This document shows, one piece after another, positions 36,380 to 45,843 of a stretch of DNA of 64,000 nucleotides. This DNA is from an uncultured Thermoleophilia bacterium (GTDB lineage: Bacteria > Actinomycetota > Thermoleophilia > Gaiellales > Gaiellaceae). The translations under genes and the position numbers were made by a program. The DNA is taken from positions 4,398-68,397 of the forward strand of contig CAVUKP010000012.1 of assembly GCA_963742135.1 (NCBI GenBank), read 5' to 3'. How positions within the stretch are numbered: the first letter of the stretch is position 1; each line of letters opens with the position of its first letter. The notes under the pieces were generated by a model. It saw nothing but the letters and a program-made list of their open reading frames with translations. It made no database searches and was not told the origin of the DNA.

Positions 36380-37923
36380 GGCCGCGGCTCCGCAGAAGGG
36401 TCGGCAGCGGGCTCGCCGCCGTGGCCGCCGGCCATCATGAGGCCGATCTCCTCGACGGTGGCGTGGGCCGGGTCCACCTCGCCCACGATCTCGCCTTCGT
36501 ACATCACCGCGATTCGATCGGCCAGCTCCAGGATCTCGTCGAGGTCCTCGCTGATCAGGAGCACCGCCACGCCGGCGCAGGCCGCCTCGAGCAGGTACCG
36601 GTGCACCGTCTCGATCGCGCCGACATCGAGCCCGCGGGTGGGAGCGGCCGCGACGATCGCGCGCGGGCGGCCCAGGAACTCGCGGCCGAGCACGACCTTC
36701 TGGAGGTTTCCCCCGGAGAGCTGTCGCGCGGGCAGCGACGGCGACGACGTACGGATGCCGTAGCGCTCGATCAACCGGCGGGCCCGCTCCCGGATGCGCG
36801 CGGGACGAAGGACGGGCCCGGTCGACATCTCGTCGTCGCGGTAGGCCTTCAGCACGACGTTCGCTGAGATCGAAAGGCTGGGGGCGACACCCGTCCCGAG
36901 CCGGTCCTCCGGGACGTGGCCGACGCCGGCCGCGATCGCAGCGCGAGGATCGCCCGGCCGGAGGGGCCGCCCGTCGACCTCGACGCGACCGGCCGCCGGC
37001 CGCCGCATCCCGGTCAGCGCCTCGGCGAGCTCGCGCTGGCCGTTTCCGGCGACGCCGGCGATCCCGACGATCTCCCCGACGCGCAGCTCCAGGTCGACGC
37101 CACGCACTGCAGCCTCGCCGCGGTCGCCCTCGACGTCGAGGCCGCGGCAGGCCAGCACCACGTCGCCGTCGGTTCGCCGGGAGCCCGCCGGCCTCCGCAC
37201 GACGTCGACCTCTCGCCCGACCATCAACGCAGCGAGCGAGTGGGGAGTCGCCGACGCGGCGTCGACGGTCGCGACCGTCTTCCCCGCCCGCAGCACCGTC
37301 ACCCGGTCGGCGACCGCCTTCACCTCGTGGAGCTTGTGCGAGATGAAGATGACCGTTCGCCCCTCGCTCGCCATCCGCCGTAGCGTCGCGAAGAGCGTGC
37401 CGGCCTCGTGCGGCGTGAGCACGGCCGTCGGCTCGTCGAGGATCAGGATGCGCGCCTCGCGGTAGAGCGCCTTCAGGATCTCGACGCGCTGCTGCTCGCC
37501 CAGGGAGAGCTGCCAGATGCGCGCGCGCGGGTGGACGTGCATGCCGTAGCGCTCGCCGAGGTCGCGGACTCGCCGCTCGACCGCGCGCGGGCTCAGGATC
37601 AGCCGCCCCGCGCGCGCACCGCCCCCGTGCTCGCCGAGGATCACGTTCTCGGCGACCGTGAACGGCTCGACGAGCCGGAAGTGCTGGTGCACCATGAAGA
37701 TGCCCGCGTCGAGCGCCTCGCGCGGCGACGCGAAGCGCACGGGCCGCCCCCAGAGCTCGATCTCACCCGCGTCGGGGCGGTAGAGCCCCGTGAGGATGTT
37801 CGAGAGCGTGCTCTTGCCGGCGCCGTTCTCGCCGAGCAGCGCATGCACCTCACCCGCCGCGGCCTCGAACTCGACGCCGTCGTTCGCGACAACGCCGGGA
37901 AACGCCTTCGTGATCCCACGCAT
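36376..37923 (-). CDS. ABC transporter ATP-binding protein (duplicated ATPase)
   Basis: ORF 36376..38472, with the ATG at 37923 (MRGITKAF). Walker A GENGAGKST. LSLGEQQRVEI signature. The second cassette has GVAGNGQ and LSGGNLQK. Confidence 0.9.
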   Translation of the reverse strand: MRGITKAFPGVVANDGVEFEAAAGEVHALLGENGAGKSTLSNILTGLYRPDAGEIELWGRPVRFASPREALDAGIFMVHQHFRLVEPFTVAENVILGEHGGGARAGRLILSPRAVERRVRDLGERYGMHVHPRARIWQLSLGEQQRVEILKALYREARILILDEPTAVLTPHEAGTLFATLRRMASEGRTVIFISHKLHEVKAVADRVTVLRAGKTVATVDAASATPHSLAALMVGREVDVVRRPAGSRRTDGDVVLACRGLDVEGDRGEAAVRGVDLELRVGEIVGIAGVAGNGQRELAEALTGMRRPAAGRVEVDGRPLRPGDPRAAIAAGVGHVPEDRLGTGVAPSLSISANVVLKAYRDDEMSTGPVLRPARIRERARRLIERYGIRTSSPSLPARQLSGGNLQKVVLGREFLGRPRAIVAAAPTRGLDVGAIETVHRYLLEAACAGVAVLLISEDLDEILELADRIAVMYEGEIVGEVDPAHATVEEIGLMMAGGHGGEPAADPSAEPRP

Positions 37924-37967
37924 CGAGACGGCGGGGGAGGGCCGCTCCCCCGCCGTCGCCGCGCTGC

Positions 37968-39071
37968 TCAACCCTTGGCGCTCCCCTGGATGCCCTTGAC
38001 GAGCCAGTCCATCGCGTACAGGTCCTTGACGGTCAGCCGCTGGCCTTTCTTGACGCGCAGCTTCCCGCTCTGGTCGTACAGCGGCCCCGTGAACTCGTAG
38101 AAGGTGCCCTTGATCAACTGCGCCTTCTTGGCCGCGATCGCCGCCCGCGTCTTCGCCGACACCTTCGGCCCGAACGGCGCGAGCCCGATCAGCCCGTCCT
38201 TGAGCGAGCCGTAGTAGAAGCTGCTCTTCCAGGAGCCGTTCATCGCCGCCTTCACCCGACGTGCGTAATACGGCCCCCAGTTGTAGACCGCCGCCGTCAG
38301 CCACTGCTTGGGGGCGAACTTGCGTGCGTTCGAGTCGTAGCCGACCCACGGCACCCCGGCCCCCTCGGCGTACTGCCCCGCCGCCGGCGAGTCGACGTTC
38401 TGCCCGACCACGTCGGCGCCCGCCTTGTGCAGGTTCTCGGCCGCCTGCTTCTCCTTCTTCGGATCGAACCACGAGTTCGTCCAGATCAGCCGCACCTTCG
38501 CCTTCGGGTTCATCGCCTGCGCCCCGAGCGCGAACGCGTTCGCGTGCCGGATCACCTCCGGAATCGCAAACGGCACCACGTACCCGATCACACCCTTCTT
38601 CGACGCTGCTCCCGCCGCCATCCCCGACAGATAGATCGCGTCCTCGCCGGCCCCGAAGTACTCCGCCATGTTCTTCGACGTGTATGTCCCGGTCGCCATC
38701 TCGAACTTCACGTCCGGGTACTTCGCCGCGGCCGCCTTCATCGCCCCCTGGAACCCGAACGAAGTCGCGAAGATGATCTTGTTGCCGTCCCGGACCAGGC
38801 TGTCGATCACCTGCGTCACCTGCGGCCCCTCCGGAACGTTCTCCTTGAACGTCGTCTCCACCGCCGACCCCAACCGACGCTGCGCCACCAACCGGCCCTC
38901 GTCATGCGCCTGCGACCACCCCGCATCGTTATGCGGACCCACATAAATCCACGCCGCCTTGAACGCCGCGGACGGTTTCGCCGGCCCTGAAGCGGCTCCG
39001 GCGACGAGCGCGACGGCAACCGCGCCCACGGTGGCTGCGATCGCGCCGAACGCGAGCTTTCTCTTGAACAT
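37968..39071 (-). CDS. BMP-family (PnrA-like) substrate-binding lipoprotein of a nucleoside ABC transporter
   Basis: 367 aa, with a signal sequence and GAGGAGGAGAGG upstream of the start. Confidence 0.85.
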   Translation of the reverse strand: MFKRKLAFGAIAATVGAVAVALVAGAASGPAKPSAAFKAAWIYVGPHNDAGWSQAHDEGRLVAQRRLGSAVETTFKENVPEGPQVTQVIDSLVRDGNKIIFATSFGFQGAMKAAAAKYPDVKFEMATGTYTSKNMAEYFGAGEDAIYLSGMAAGAASKKGVIGYVVPFAIPEVIRHANAFALGAQAMNPKAKVRLIWTNSWFDPKKEKQAAENLHKAGADVVGQNVDSPAAGQYAEGAGVPWVGYDSNARKFAPKQWLTAAVYNWGPYYARRVKAAMNGSWKSSFYYGSLKDGLIGLAPFGPKVSAKTRAAIAAKKAQLIKGTFYEFTGPLYDQSGKLRVKKGQRLTVKDLYAMDWLVKGIQGSAKG

Positions 39072-39123
39072 TCCTCTCCTCCTCGGGGGGTGAGGCGACT
39101 ATACGGTCGGGACCCGACGGTCG

Positions 39124-39612
39124 CTAGACCGCGTCCGCGACCGTCGCGCCGACCGGGTCGCGAGCGCTCCACGGGAACGTGATCCACCGATCCGTGCGGC
39201 GCCAGACGTACTCGCAGCGGACCGTCGAGCGCGGCTTCTCGTAGAGGACGGCGCACCGCACCTCGGCAACCTTCCCCCGGCAGAACTCCTTGACGAGCGC
39301 GAGCGTCGCGCCCGTGTCGGCCACGTCGTCTGCGATCAGGACCCGCGTCTCCTGGAAGTCCACCAGGTCCGGCACGGGCGGCAGGATCATCGGCAGCTCG
39401 AGCCGCTCGTCGACGCCCGTGTAGAACTCGACGTTCATCGTGAACGTGTTCTTCACGTCGAGCGCGTACGCGATCGCGCCGGCGACGAGAAGGCCGCCGC
39501 GGGCGATCGCGAGCACCATGTCCGGGCGATAGCCGCCGTCGTCAACGAGCTCCGCAAGCGCCCGCGACCCGTCGCCGAGGTCGTCCCAGCTCATCACCTC
39601 ACGCTCGCTCAC
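39124..39612 (-). CDS. purine phosphoribosyltransferase (xanthine/hypoxanthine-guanine PRT-like)
   Basis: 162 aa with the PRPP-binding motif VLIADDVADTGATL. Confidence 0.8.
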   Translation of the reverse strand: MSEREVMSWDDLGDGSRALAELVDDGGYRPDMVLAIARGGLLVAGAIAYALDVKNTFTMNVEFYTGVDERLELPMILPPVPDLVDFQETRVLIADDVADTGATLALVKEFCRGKVAEVRCAVLYEKPRSTVRCEYVWRRTDRWITFPWSARDPVGATVADAV

Positions 39613-40583
39613 CCGGCGAGCCTACCGAGCGCCTCGGTGAGCGCCTCGACGCCGAGGTCGACGTCCTGCTCGCTCGAGAGCTCCTCCGGCGAATGGCTCG
39701 CGCCGCCGTTCAGGCTGCGGACGAAGATCATCGCGGTCGGAACCCCCGCCGCCGCCAGCACCATCGCGTCGTGGCCTGCGCCGGAGATGAGCTCCCGCGC
39801 GTCGGGAAGGGCCGCGCGAACGGCCTCGAGCGGCGCGCCCGACATCGGAACCGGGGCGAGCCGCGACGACGGCTCGAACCCGATCGCCGCGATCAGCTCG
39901 TCGAGCAGCCGAGCATCGGGCGCGCGCGCGTCGACCGAGACGGTGACGCGGCCGGGGACGACGTTGATCGCGTTCGGCTCGATCTCGACGGCGCCGACGG
40001 TCGCGACGGCGCCGTCGCGCGCGCAACGGCGAACGTGCAGGACGAACCGCGCGGCGTCGACGAGCGCGTCGCGGCGCGCATCCATGGGCGTCGTCCCCGC
40101 GTGGTCGGCATGTCCCTCGAACGTGACGGCGCCGCGCGCCTGACCCGCGATCGCCGTCACCACGCCCAGCGGCTCGCCCGCGCGTTCGAGGACCGGCCCC
40201 TGCTCGATGTGCAGCTCGACGAACGCCGCGGGGAGCTCCGTCAGGGCGCGGCTTCCCATCGGCCCCGTCTCCTCGGCCCGGAACGCGACGGCCGCGAGCG
40301 AGGCGTCCGGAAGGCGCGCCGCCGCCTCGATCGCGGCGACCACGCCGAGCGCGCCGTCGAAGCGACCGCCGTTCGGGACCGAGTCGAGGTGCGACCCCGA
40401 CCAGACCGGAGCCGGCCCGCGCCGCCCGAAGAGGTTGCCCGCCGAGTCGCGCGCGACCTCGAGCCCCGCCTCGCGCATCCACGAAGCCGCCAGCTCGTGC
40501 GCCGCGTCCTCCTCCGCCGAGTATGCGGCGCGGTGGGCGCCGATCGCGTACAGCTCGTCCAGGCGCTCGACGACTCGGCTCAC
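39609..40583 (-). CDS. M20-family amidohydrolase (allantoate amidohydrolase / N-carbamoyl-amino-acid hydrolase-like, compact form)
   Basis: 324 aa. It contains GSHLDSVPNGGRFDGALGV, ELHIEQGPVLE, GHADHAGTTPM and SGAGHDA. Confidence 0.7.
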   Translation of the reverse strand: MSRVVERLDELYAIGAHRAAYSAEEDAAHELAASWMREAGLEVARDSAGNLFGRRGPAPVWSGSHLDSVPNGGRFDGALGVVAAIEAAARLPDASLAAVAFRAEETGPMGSRALTELPAAFVELHIEQGPVLERAGEPLGVVTAIAGQARGAVTFEGHADHAGTTPMDARRDALVDAARFVLHVRRCARDGAVATVGAVEIEPNAINVVPGRVTVSVDARAPDARLLDELIAAIGFEPSSRLAPVPMSGAPLEAVRAALPDARELISGAGHDAMVLAAAGVPTAMIFVRSLNGGASHSPEELSSEQDVDLGVEALTEALGRLAG

Positions 40584-40651
40584 GGGTCAATCTTGTCTGG
40601 CCGCGGCGAACCACGTAGGTTGGTCCAGCTCATAACCCATAAGGAGGCAAG

Positions 40652-42388
40652 TTGAGAACTCTGCTCGCTGCGGCCTCCATCGTGGTCGTCCTCGCGCTCG
40701 GCGGCGGGGCCTCCGCCGCAACCGCCCCGTCCGGGCCGCCGACCGCCATCGGCACCGGCGGCGCTGCCGCGACCGTCGAGACGCTCGCCACGCAGGCGGC
40801 GGTCGACACGCTCCGGCAGGGCGGGAATGCCATCGACGCGGCGGTTGTCGCGGCCGGCGTCCTCGGCGTCACCGAGCCGTTCTCGTCGGGAGTCGGCGGC
40901 GGCGGCTTCCTCGTCCTGCGGACCGCGAACGGGAACGTCACGACGATCGACGGCCGCGAGAAGGCGCCGGCCGCGATGACGCCGACGTCGTTCTGGGAGA
41001 ACGGCGCCCCGCTTCCGTTCAACGACGCTCGCTACAGCGGCCTGTCGGTCGGCGTTCCCGGCACCGTCGCCACGTGGGCCGACGCGCTGGAGAAGTACGG
41101 GACGATCTCGCTCGCGCAGGCGCTCCAGCCGGGCATCGGCGTCGCGCGGAACGGGTTCGTGGTCGACCAGGTGTTCTTCGACCAGACGCTGGCGAACAAG
41201 CCGTGGTTCGACGACATCCCGTCGTCGACCGCGCTGTACCTCGACCCGGACGGGACGCCGCACGACGTCGGGACGATCTTCCGCAACCCCGACCTCGCGG
41301 ACACATATGAACGGATCGCGCACCTCGGGCCGAAGGGGTTCTACCGCGGCGCAGTCGCAGACGCCCTCGTCACGATGGTCCAGAGCCCGCCCGTCTCGCC
41401 CACCGCCGACCACGTGTGGCGGCCGGGCGTGATGACGATGCGCGACCTGAAGGCGTACACGGCGCCCGAACGGGAGCCGACGCACATCGGCTACCGCGGG
41501 CTCGACGTCTACGGCATGGGACCGCCGTCGAGCGGTGGCTCGACCGTCGGGGAGGCGCTGAACATCCTCGAGGGCTACGACCTCTCGTCGATGACGCGCG
41601 AGGCGGCGCTGCACCGGATGCTCGAGGCGGCACGGTATTCCTTCGCGGACCGTGGCAAGTACCTGGCCGATCCGGACTTCGTCGACGTCCCCCTCGGCTG
41701 TCTCCTGTCCGACCAGTTCGCCGCAACCCGACGGGCGTTGATCACAGAGACCGCGGCAACGAGCCCGGTCGCGGCCGGCACCTGCCCGCTCCCGGGCACG
41801 ACGGCGGCGACCGCGACCGAGCCGACGTCGACGACGCACATCTCGACGAGCGACAAGTTGGGCAACATCGTCTCCTACACGTTCACGATCGAGTCGACGG
41901 GTGGCGCGGGCATGGTCGTCCCGGGCTTCGGCTTCCTCGCGAACAACGAGCTGACGGACTTCGACTTCGCGTCGACCACGGCCGCGAACCGGGTCGAGGG
42001 CGGCAAGCGGCCCCGCAGTTCGATGAGCCCGACAATCGTGACGAAGAACGGAAAGCCGTTCCTCACCGTCGGCTCGCCCGGCGGCTCGATGATCATCACG
42101 ACCGTCCTGCAGATCCTGCTCGACCGGCTCGACCTCGGGATGACGCTTCCGCAGGCGATCGCCGATCCGCGGATCAGCCAGCGCAACACGGCGACGACGA
42201 TTCCCGAGCAGGCGTTCGTCGGGACGCCGGAGTACAACGCGCTCCTGGCACGAGGGCACCGGTTCGGAGCGCCGGTCGAGATCGGCGCGGCCACCGGGAT
42301 CGAGTTCCTGCCGGACGGCCGCGTGCTCGCTGCGGCCGAGCCGACGCGGCGTGGCGGCGGCAGCGCGCTCGTGGAGGCGCCCGGCTAG
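40652..42388 (+). CDS. ggt: gamma-glutamyltranspeptidase
   Basis: 578 aa. AAGGAGG lies upstream of the TTG start. It has a signal peptide, the autoprocessing Thr context TTHISTSD, and GSPGGS. Confidence 0.9.
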   Translation: MRTLLAAASIVVVLALGGGASAATAPSGPPTAIGTGGAAATVETLATQAAVDTLRQGGNAIDAAVVAAGVLGVTEPFSSGVGGGGFLVLRTANGNVTTIDGREKAPAAMTPTSFWENGAPLPFNDARYSGLSVGVPGTVATWADALEKYGTISLAQALQPGIGVARNGFVVDQVFFDQTLANKPWFDDIPSSTALYLDPDGTPHDVGTIFRNPDLADTYERIAHLGPKGFYRGAVADALVTMVQSPPVSPTADHVWRPGVMTMRDLKAYTAPEREPTHIGYRGLDVYGMGPPSSGGSTVGEALNILEGYDLSSMTREAALHRMLEAARYSFADRGKYLADPDFVDVPLGCLLSDQFAATRRALITETAATSPVAAGTCPLPGTTAATATEPTSTTHISTSDKLGNIVSYTFTIESTGGAGMVVPGFGFLANNELTDFDFASTTAANRVEGGKRPRSSMSPTIVTKNGKPFLTVGSPGGSMIITTVLQILLDRLDLGMTLPQAIADPRISQRNTATTIPEQAFVGTPEYNALLARGHRFGAPVEIGAATGIEFLPDGRVLAAAEPTRRGGGSALVEAPG

Positions 42389-42395
42389 GCCTGAC

Positions 42396-43544
42396 CTAGG
42401 CGAGCTTCCGCAGGACGACGGATCCGGCGAGCGGGAGGAGCGCGACGAGCGCGAATCCCGCTCGCCAGGACGTCACGGCGACGAGCGCGCCGAACGCCGC
42501 CGGGTAGGTCGCGCTGAACGAGTTGAGGACAGTCTGCTGCAGGCCGATCGCCGCGCCGCTCCGCGCGTGGCCGGCGAGCTCGGCCGCGGCCGTGAACGCG
42601 AGCCCGTTCCAGCTCATCGACAGGACGCCCGCCGCGACGAGCGCGGGGAGGAGCAACGCCGCCGGCGCCGTGAGCAGCGCTGCCGTCAGCGCCACCAGCA
42701 CGGCGATCGCGACGCCGAGACGGCGCATCGGCACGATCCTGCTGCGGAGGACGTCGGACCAACGGCCGGCCGCGATGCGCGCGCCGATGCCGAGCAGCTG
42801 GACGACCGCGAGCACGGCGGCGGCGTGGGCGGGAGACATGCCGCGCCCGTCGTGGAGGAACAGCACGGTGAAGCCGACGACGCACATCTGCGGCGCCACC
42901 ATCAGCGCGCTTCCGCCGGCGAGCGTCCAGATCCGGCGGTCGCGGAACGGGCCGCCGCCGTCGAGTGCCTCGTCCTCCTGCCCGGGTCCCTCACGCAGCA
43001 CGGCGACCGACAGCGCCGCGCCCACGAGACACGCGCCGCCGAGCACCGCGAAGCCCCATTCGACGCCTCCCGCCGCGACCACCGGGGGAAGGACGAGCGA
43101 GAACACGAGCCCGCTGATCGGGATCGCCGTCTGGCGGATGCCGAGGGCGAGCCCCCGCTCGTGGCCTCCGAACCAGTGCATGACCGCGCGCCCGCTCGCC
43201 GAGTTCACGCTCGCTCCCGCCGCTCCCGCGAGCACGAGCAGCGCGGCGAGGGAGGCGAAGCCGTCCGCCTGCGAGGCGGCTAGGAGCGCGCCTCCGCACG
43301 CCCCGAGGCCGATGCCGAGCACGATCCGCTCGCCCACGCGGTCGCTCGCGAGACCCCACGGGATCATCGAGAAGACAGAGCCGGCGAGCGAGGCGGAGAT
43401 GAGGAACCCGGCCTGCCCGAGCGAGAGGTCGAACCGCTCGCGCAGCGCCGGCGCCATCACCGCCGCGCCGAACCAGATCCCGGAGTACGTCGCCTGGGCG
43501 AACGTGCCCGCGGCGAGGACGACCCAGCGGTACCGCGAGCTCAG
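42396..43544 (-). CDS. MFS transporter (start codon unclear)
   Basis: C-terminal 382 aa of ORF 42396..44186. The first TM starts at SSRYRWVVLAAG. The only in-frame candidate overlapping the upstream stop is CTG (CTGA). Confidence 0.7.
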   Translation of the reverse strand: MSSRYRWVVLAAGTFAQATYSGIWFGAAVMAPALRERFDLSLGQAGFLISASLAGSVFSMIPWGLASDRVGERIVLGIGLGACGGALLAASQADGFASLAALLVLAGAAGASVNSASGRAVMHWFGGHERGLALGIRQTAIPISGLVFSLVLPPVVAAGGVEWGFAVLGGACLVGAALSVAVLREGPGQEDEALDGGGPFRDRRIWTLAGGSALMVAPQMCVVGFTVLFLHDGRGMSPAHAAAVLAVVQLLGIGARIAAGRWSDVLRSRIVPMRRLGVAIAVLVALTAALLTAPAALLLPALVAAGVLSMSWNGLAFTAAAELAGHARSGAAIGLQQTVLNSFSATYPAAFGALVAVTSWRAGFALVALLPLAGSVVLRKLA

Positions 43545-45010
43545 AGCCCGAACGGATTGATCGGGCGGTTGCCGGTGCTCGTGATCACCGACTTCGTCTC
43601 GAGGTAGAGCTCCAGCGTCTCGAGGCCGAGCTCGCGGCCGAAGCCGGACTGCTTGTACCCGCCGAACGGGATCCCGGGGAAGGCCGTGTAGGGCATGTTG
43701 ATCCCGACGGTGCCGGACTTGATCCGCTGCGCGAGCCGATGCCCGCGCGCCGGGTCGCCCGTCCACACCGTCGCCATCAGGCCGTACTTGACGTCGTTCG
43801 CGATTCCGATCGCGTCCTGCTCGTCTTCGAACGGGATCACGGTGACGACGGGGCCGAAGATCTCCTCCTGCGCGGCGACCATGCGGTTCCCCGCCTGCGC
43901 GACCACCGTCGGTGGATAGAACGCGCCGGCGCCGTCGGCGGGGGCGCCGCCCGTCGTCACCTCGGCTCCCTCCTCGCGCGCGCCCGCGACGAAGGCATGC
44001 ACCTTGTCCCGATGCGCAGTCGAGATGAGCGACCCCATCTGCGTCTCGGCGTCGAGCGGGTCGCCCACGCGCACCTTCGCGGCCAGGTCCGTGATCGTGC
44101 TCACGACGTCGTCGTAGATCGAGCGCTCGACGAGGAGGCGCGAGCGCGCCTCGCAGGACTGGCCCGCGGCGTAGAAGATCGACCACGCGCTCGAGGGGAC
44201 AGCGCTCCCCAGGTCAGCGTCGGCGAATACGAGGTTCGGGCTCTTCCCGCCGAGCTCGAGCGTGAGGCGCTTGATCGGGTCGGAGCAGAGCCGCATGATC
44301 TCGCCCCCTGTCGCCGTCGAGCCGGTGAACGCGACCTTGTCGATCCCCGGATGCCGAACGAGGTGTGCGCCGGTCGTCGGCCCGTCGCCGGGGACGATGT
44401 TGATCGCTCCCGCCGGGAACCCGACCTCGGCCGCGAGCTCCGCGAGGCGGAGCGCGCTCAGCGGCGTCTGGGGATCCGGCTTCAGGACGACGGTGCATCC
44501 CGCCGCGAGCGCGGGCGCGAGCTTCCACGTCGTCATCAGCAGCGGGTAGTTCCACGGCACGATCTGCCCGGCGACGCCGACCGGCTCTTTCAGCGAGTAG
44601 AAGAGGAGCGAGCCGCCGATCGGATTCGAGCGGCCGGCGATCGTCGCGACCGCGGATGCGTAGAAGCGGAAGTTCTCGGCGGCGCTCGCGAGCTCCGCCT
44701 TCACCGACGAGATCGCCTTGCCGACGTTGCGGCTCTCGAGCTCCGCGAGCTCCTTCCGGTTCGCGAGGACGGCGTCGGCGAGCGCGTGGAGCAGCCGCGA
44801 GCGCTCCGTGGCCGGCGTCCGCGCCCAGCCGGCGAGGGCGCCGCGGGCCGCCTCGACCGCGCGGTCGATGTCCGCCTCGCCCGCCATCGCCGCGCGCGCG
44901 AGGACCTCTCCGGTCGCTGGCTCGCGTAGCTCGCGCACCTCGCCCGCCTGCGGCTCCACCGGCTCACCGCCGATGAAGAGGCCGTACTCGCGTGCAGCGG
45001 CGACCGCCAT
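43541..45010 (-). CDS. NAD(P)-dependent aldehyde dehydrogenase
   Basis: ORF 43541..45664, with the ATG at 45010. 489 aa. It contains VPWNYPL, ELGGKSP and the catalytic Cys in GQSCEA. Confidence 0.9.
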   Translation of the reverse strand: MAVAAAREYGLFIGGEPVEPQAGEVRELREPATGEVLARAAMAGEADIDRAVEAARGALAGWARTPATERSRLLHALADAVLANRKELAELESRNVGKAISSVKAELASAAENFRFYASAVATIAGRSNPIGGSLLFYSLKEPVGVAGQIVPWNYPLLMTTWKLAPALAAGCTVVLKPDPQTPLSALRLAELAAEVGFPAGAINIVPGDGPTTGAHLVRHPGIDKVAFTGSTATGGEIMRLCSDPIKRLTLELGGKSPNLVFADADLGSAVPSSAWSIFYAAGQSCEARSRLLVERSIYDDVVSTITDLAAKVRVGDPLDAETQMGSLISTAHRDKVHAFVAGAREEGAEVTTGGAPADGAGAFYPPTVVAQAGNRMVAAQEEIFGPVVTVIPFEDEQDAIGIANDVKYGLMATVWTGDPARGHRLAQRIKSGTVGINMPYTAFPGIPFGGYKQSGFGRELGLETLELYLETKSVITSTGNRPINPFGL

Positions 45011-45021
45011 CGGCGCGGAAT

Positions 45022-45843
45022 CTACCCGGTGACGCTCGCCGACGCGCCGCCCGGCGATGCCGCGAGGGCGAGCACGTCGACGTCCTCGAGCGTCGCCTCG
45101 AGCGCGGCCGCGCATGCGCCGCCCGACCCGCGCTCGGCCCAGACGAGGATCGTCGGGCCCGAGCCGGAGAGCGTCACGCCGAGGACGTGCGGCGGCGGAT
45201 CTTCCCGGATCCGCGCCAGGAGCGGCGCGTCCGCCGCGCGGTAGCGCTCGTGGAGGCGGTCGTCGAGCGCCGCCGCGAACAACGCGCCCGAGCCGGACGC
45301 CAGGGCGGCGCCGAGAAGCGCGGCGCGGCCGGCAGTATGGGCGGCGTCGACGTGCGGAACGGCTTCCGGAAGCGCGGCGCGCGACGCAGCGGTCGAGACG
45401 CTCGACTCGCGCGGCACGACGGCGACCGGGTCGGCCGGAGCGCCGTCGGCGACGCGCTCGATCCGGCCGTCCCAGGTGAGCGTCGCGCCACCCGCGAGCG
45501 CGGCGGCGAGATTGTCGGCATGCCCCTCGAGCGGGACGCCCAGCGCGAGCAGGCGCTCGGGGTCGGGCTCGACCCCTGCCGCCGACGCCCCGGCGACGAG
45601 GCCGAGCGCGATGACCGACGCGCTCGACCCGAGCCCGCGCTCCCGCGGGATCGGCGTCCGCCAACGGAAAGACCGGCCGTCGGGCGACGCGAGCATCGCA
45701 AACGCCCGCACCCCGAGGTGCGCCCGATCGGGCTCGCCGCCGTCCTCGACCTCGAGCTCGTTCCAGAGGTCGAGCGCGAGGCCCGCGCAGTCGAACCCGG
45801 GGCCGAGGTTGGCGGTGGTGGCCGGCGCGCGTGCCGCGATCAC
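45022..45843 (-). CDS. thrB: homoserine kinase
   Basis: ORF 45022..45981. The GTG at 45843 overlaps the thrC stop (GTGA). It contains ATTANLGPGFD and the GHMP motif GLGSSAS. Confidence 0.85.
   Translation of the reverse strand: MIAARAPATTANLGPGFDCAGLALDLWNELEVEDGGEPDRAHLGVRAFAMLASPDGRSFRWRTPIPRERGLGSSASVIALGLVAGASAAGVEPDPERLLALGVPLEGHADNLAAALAGGATLTWDGRIERVADGAPADPVAVVPRESSVSTAASRAALPEAVPHVDAAHTAGRAALLGAALASGSGALFAAALDDRLHERYRAADAPLLARIREDPPPHVLGVTLSGSGPTILVWAERGSGGACAAALEATLEDVDVLALAASPGGASASVTG

Noticed and set aside
39072-39123. Small palindrome GTCGGGACCCGAC between the PRTase and BMP lipoprotein genes, as a possible attenuator.
   Set aside because: - It forms only 6 bp with a 1-nt loop and has no U-tract.
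- It is probably insignificant in GC-rich DNA.
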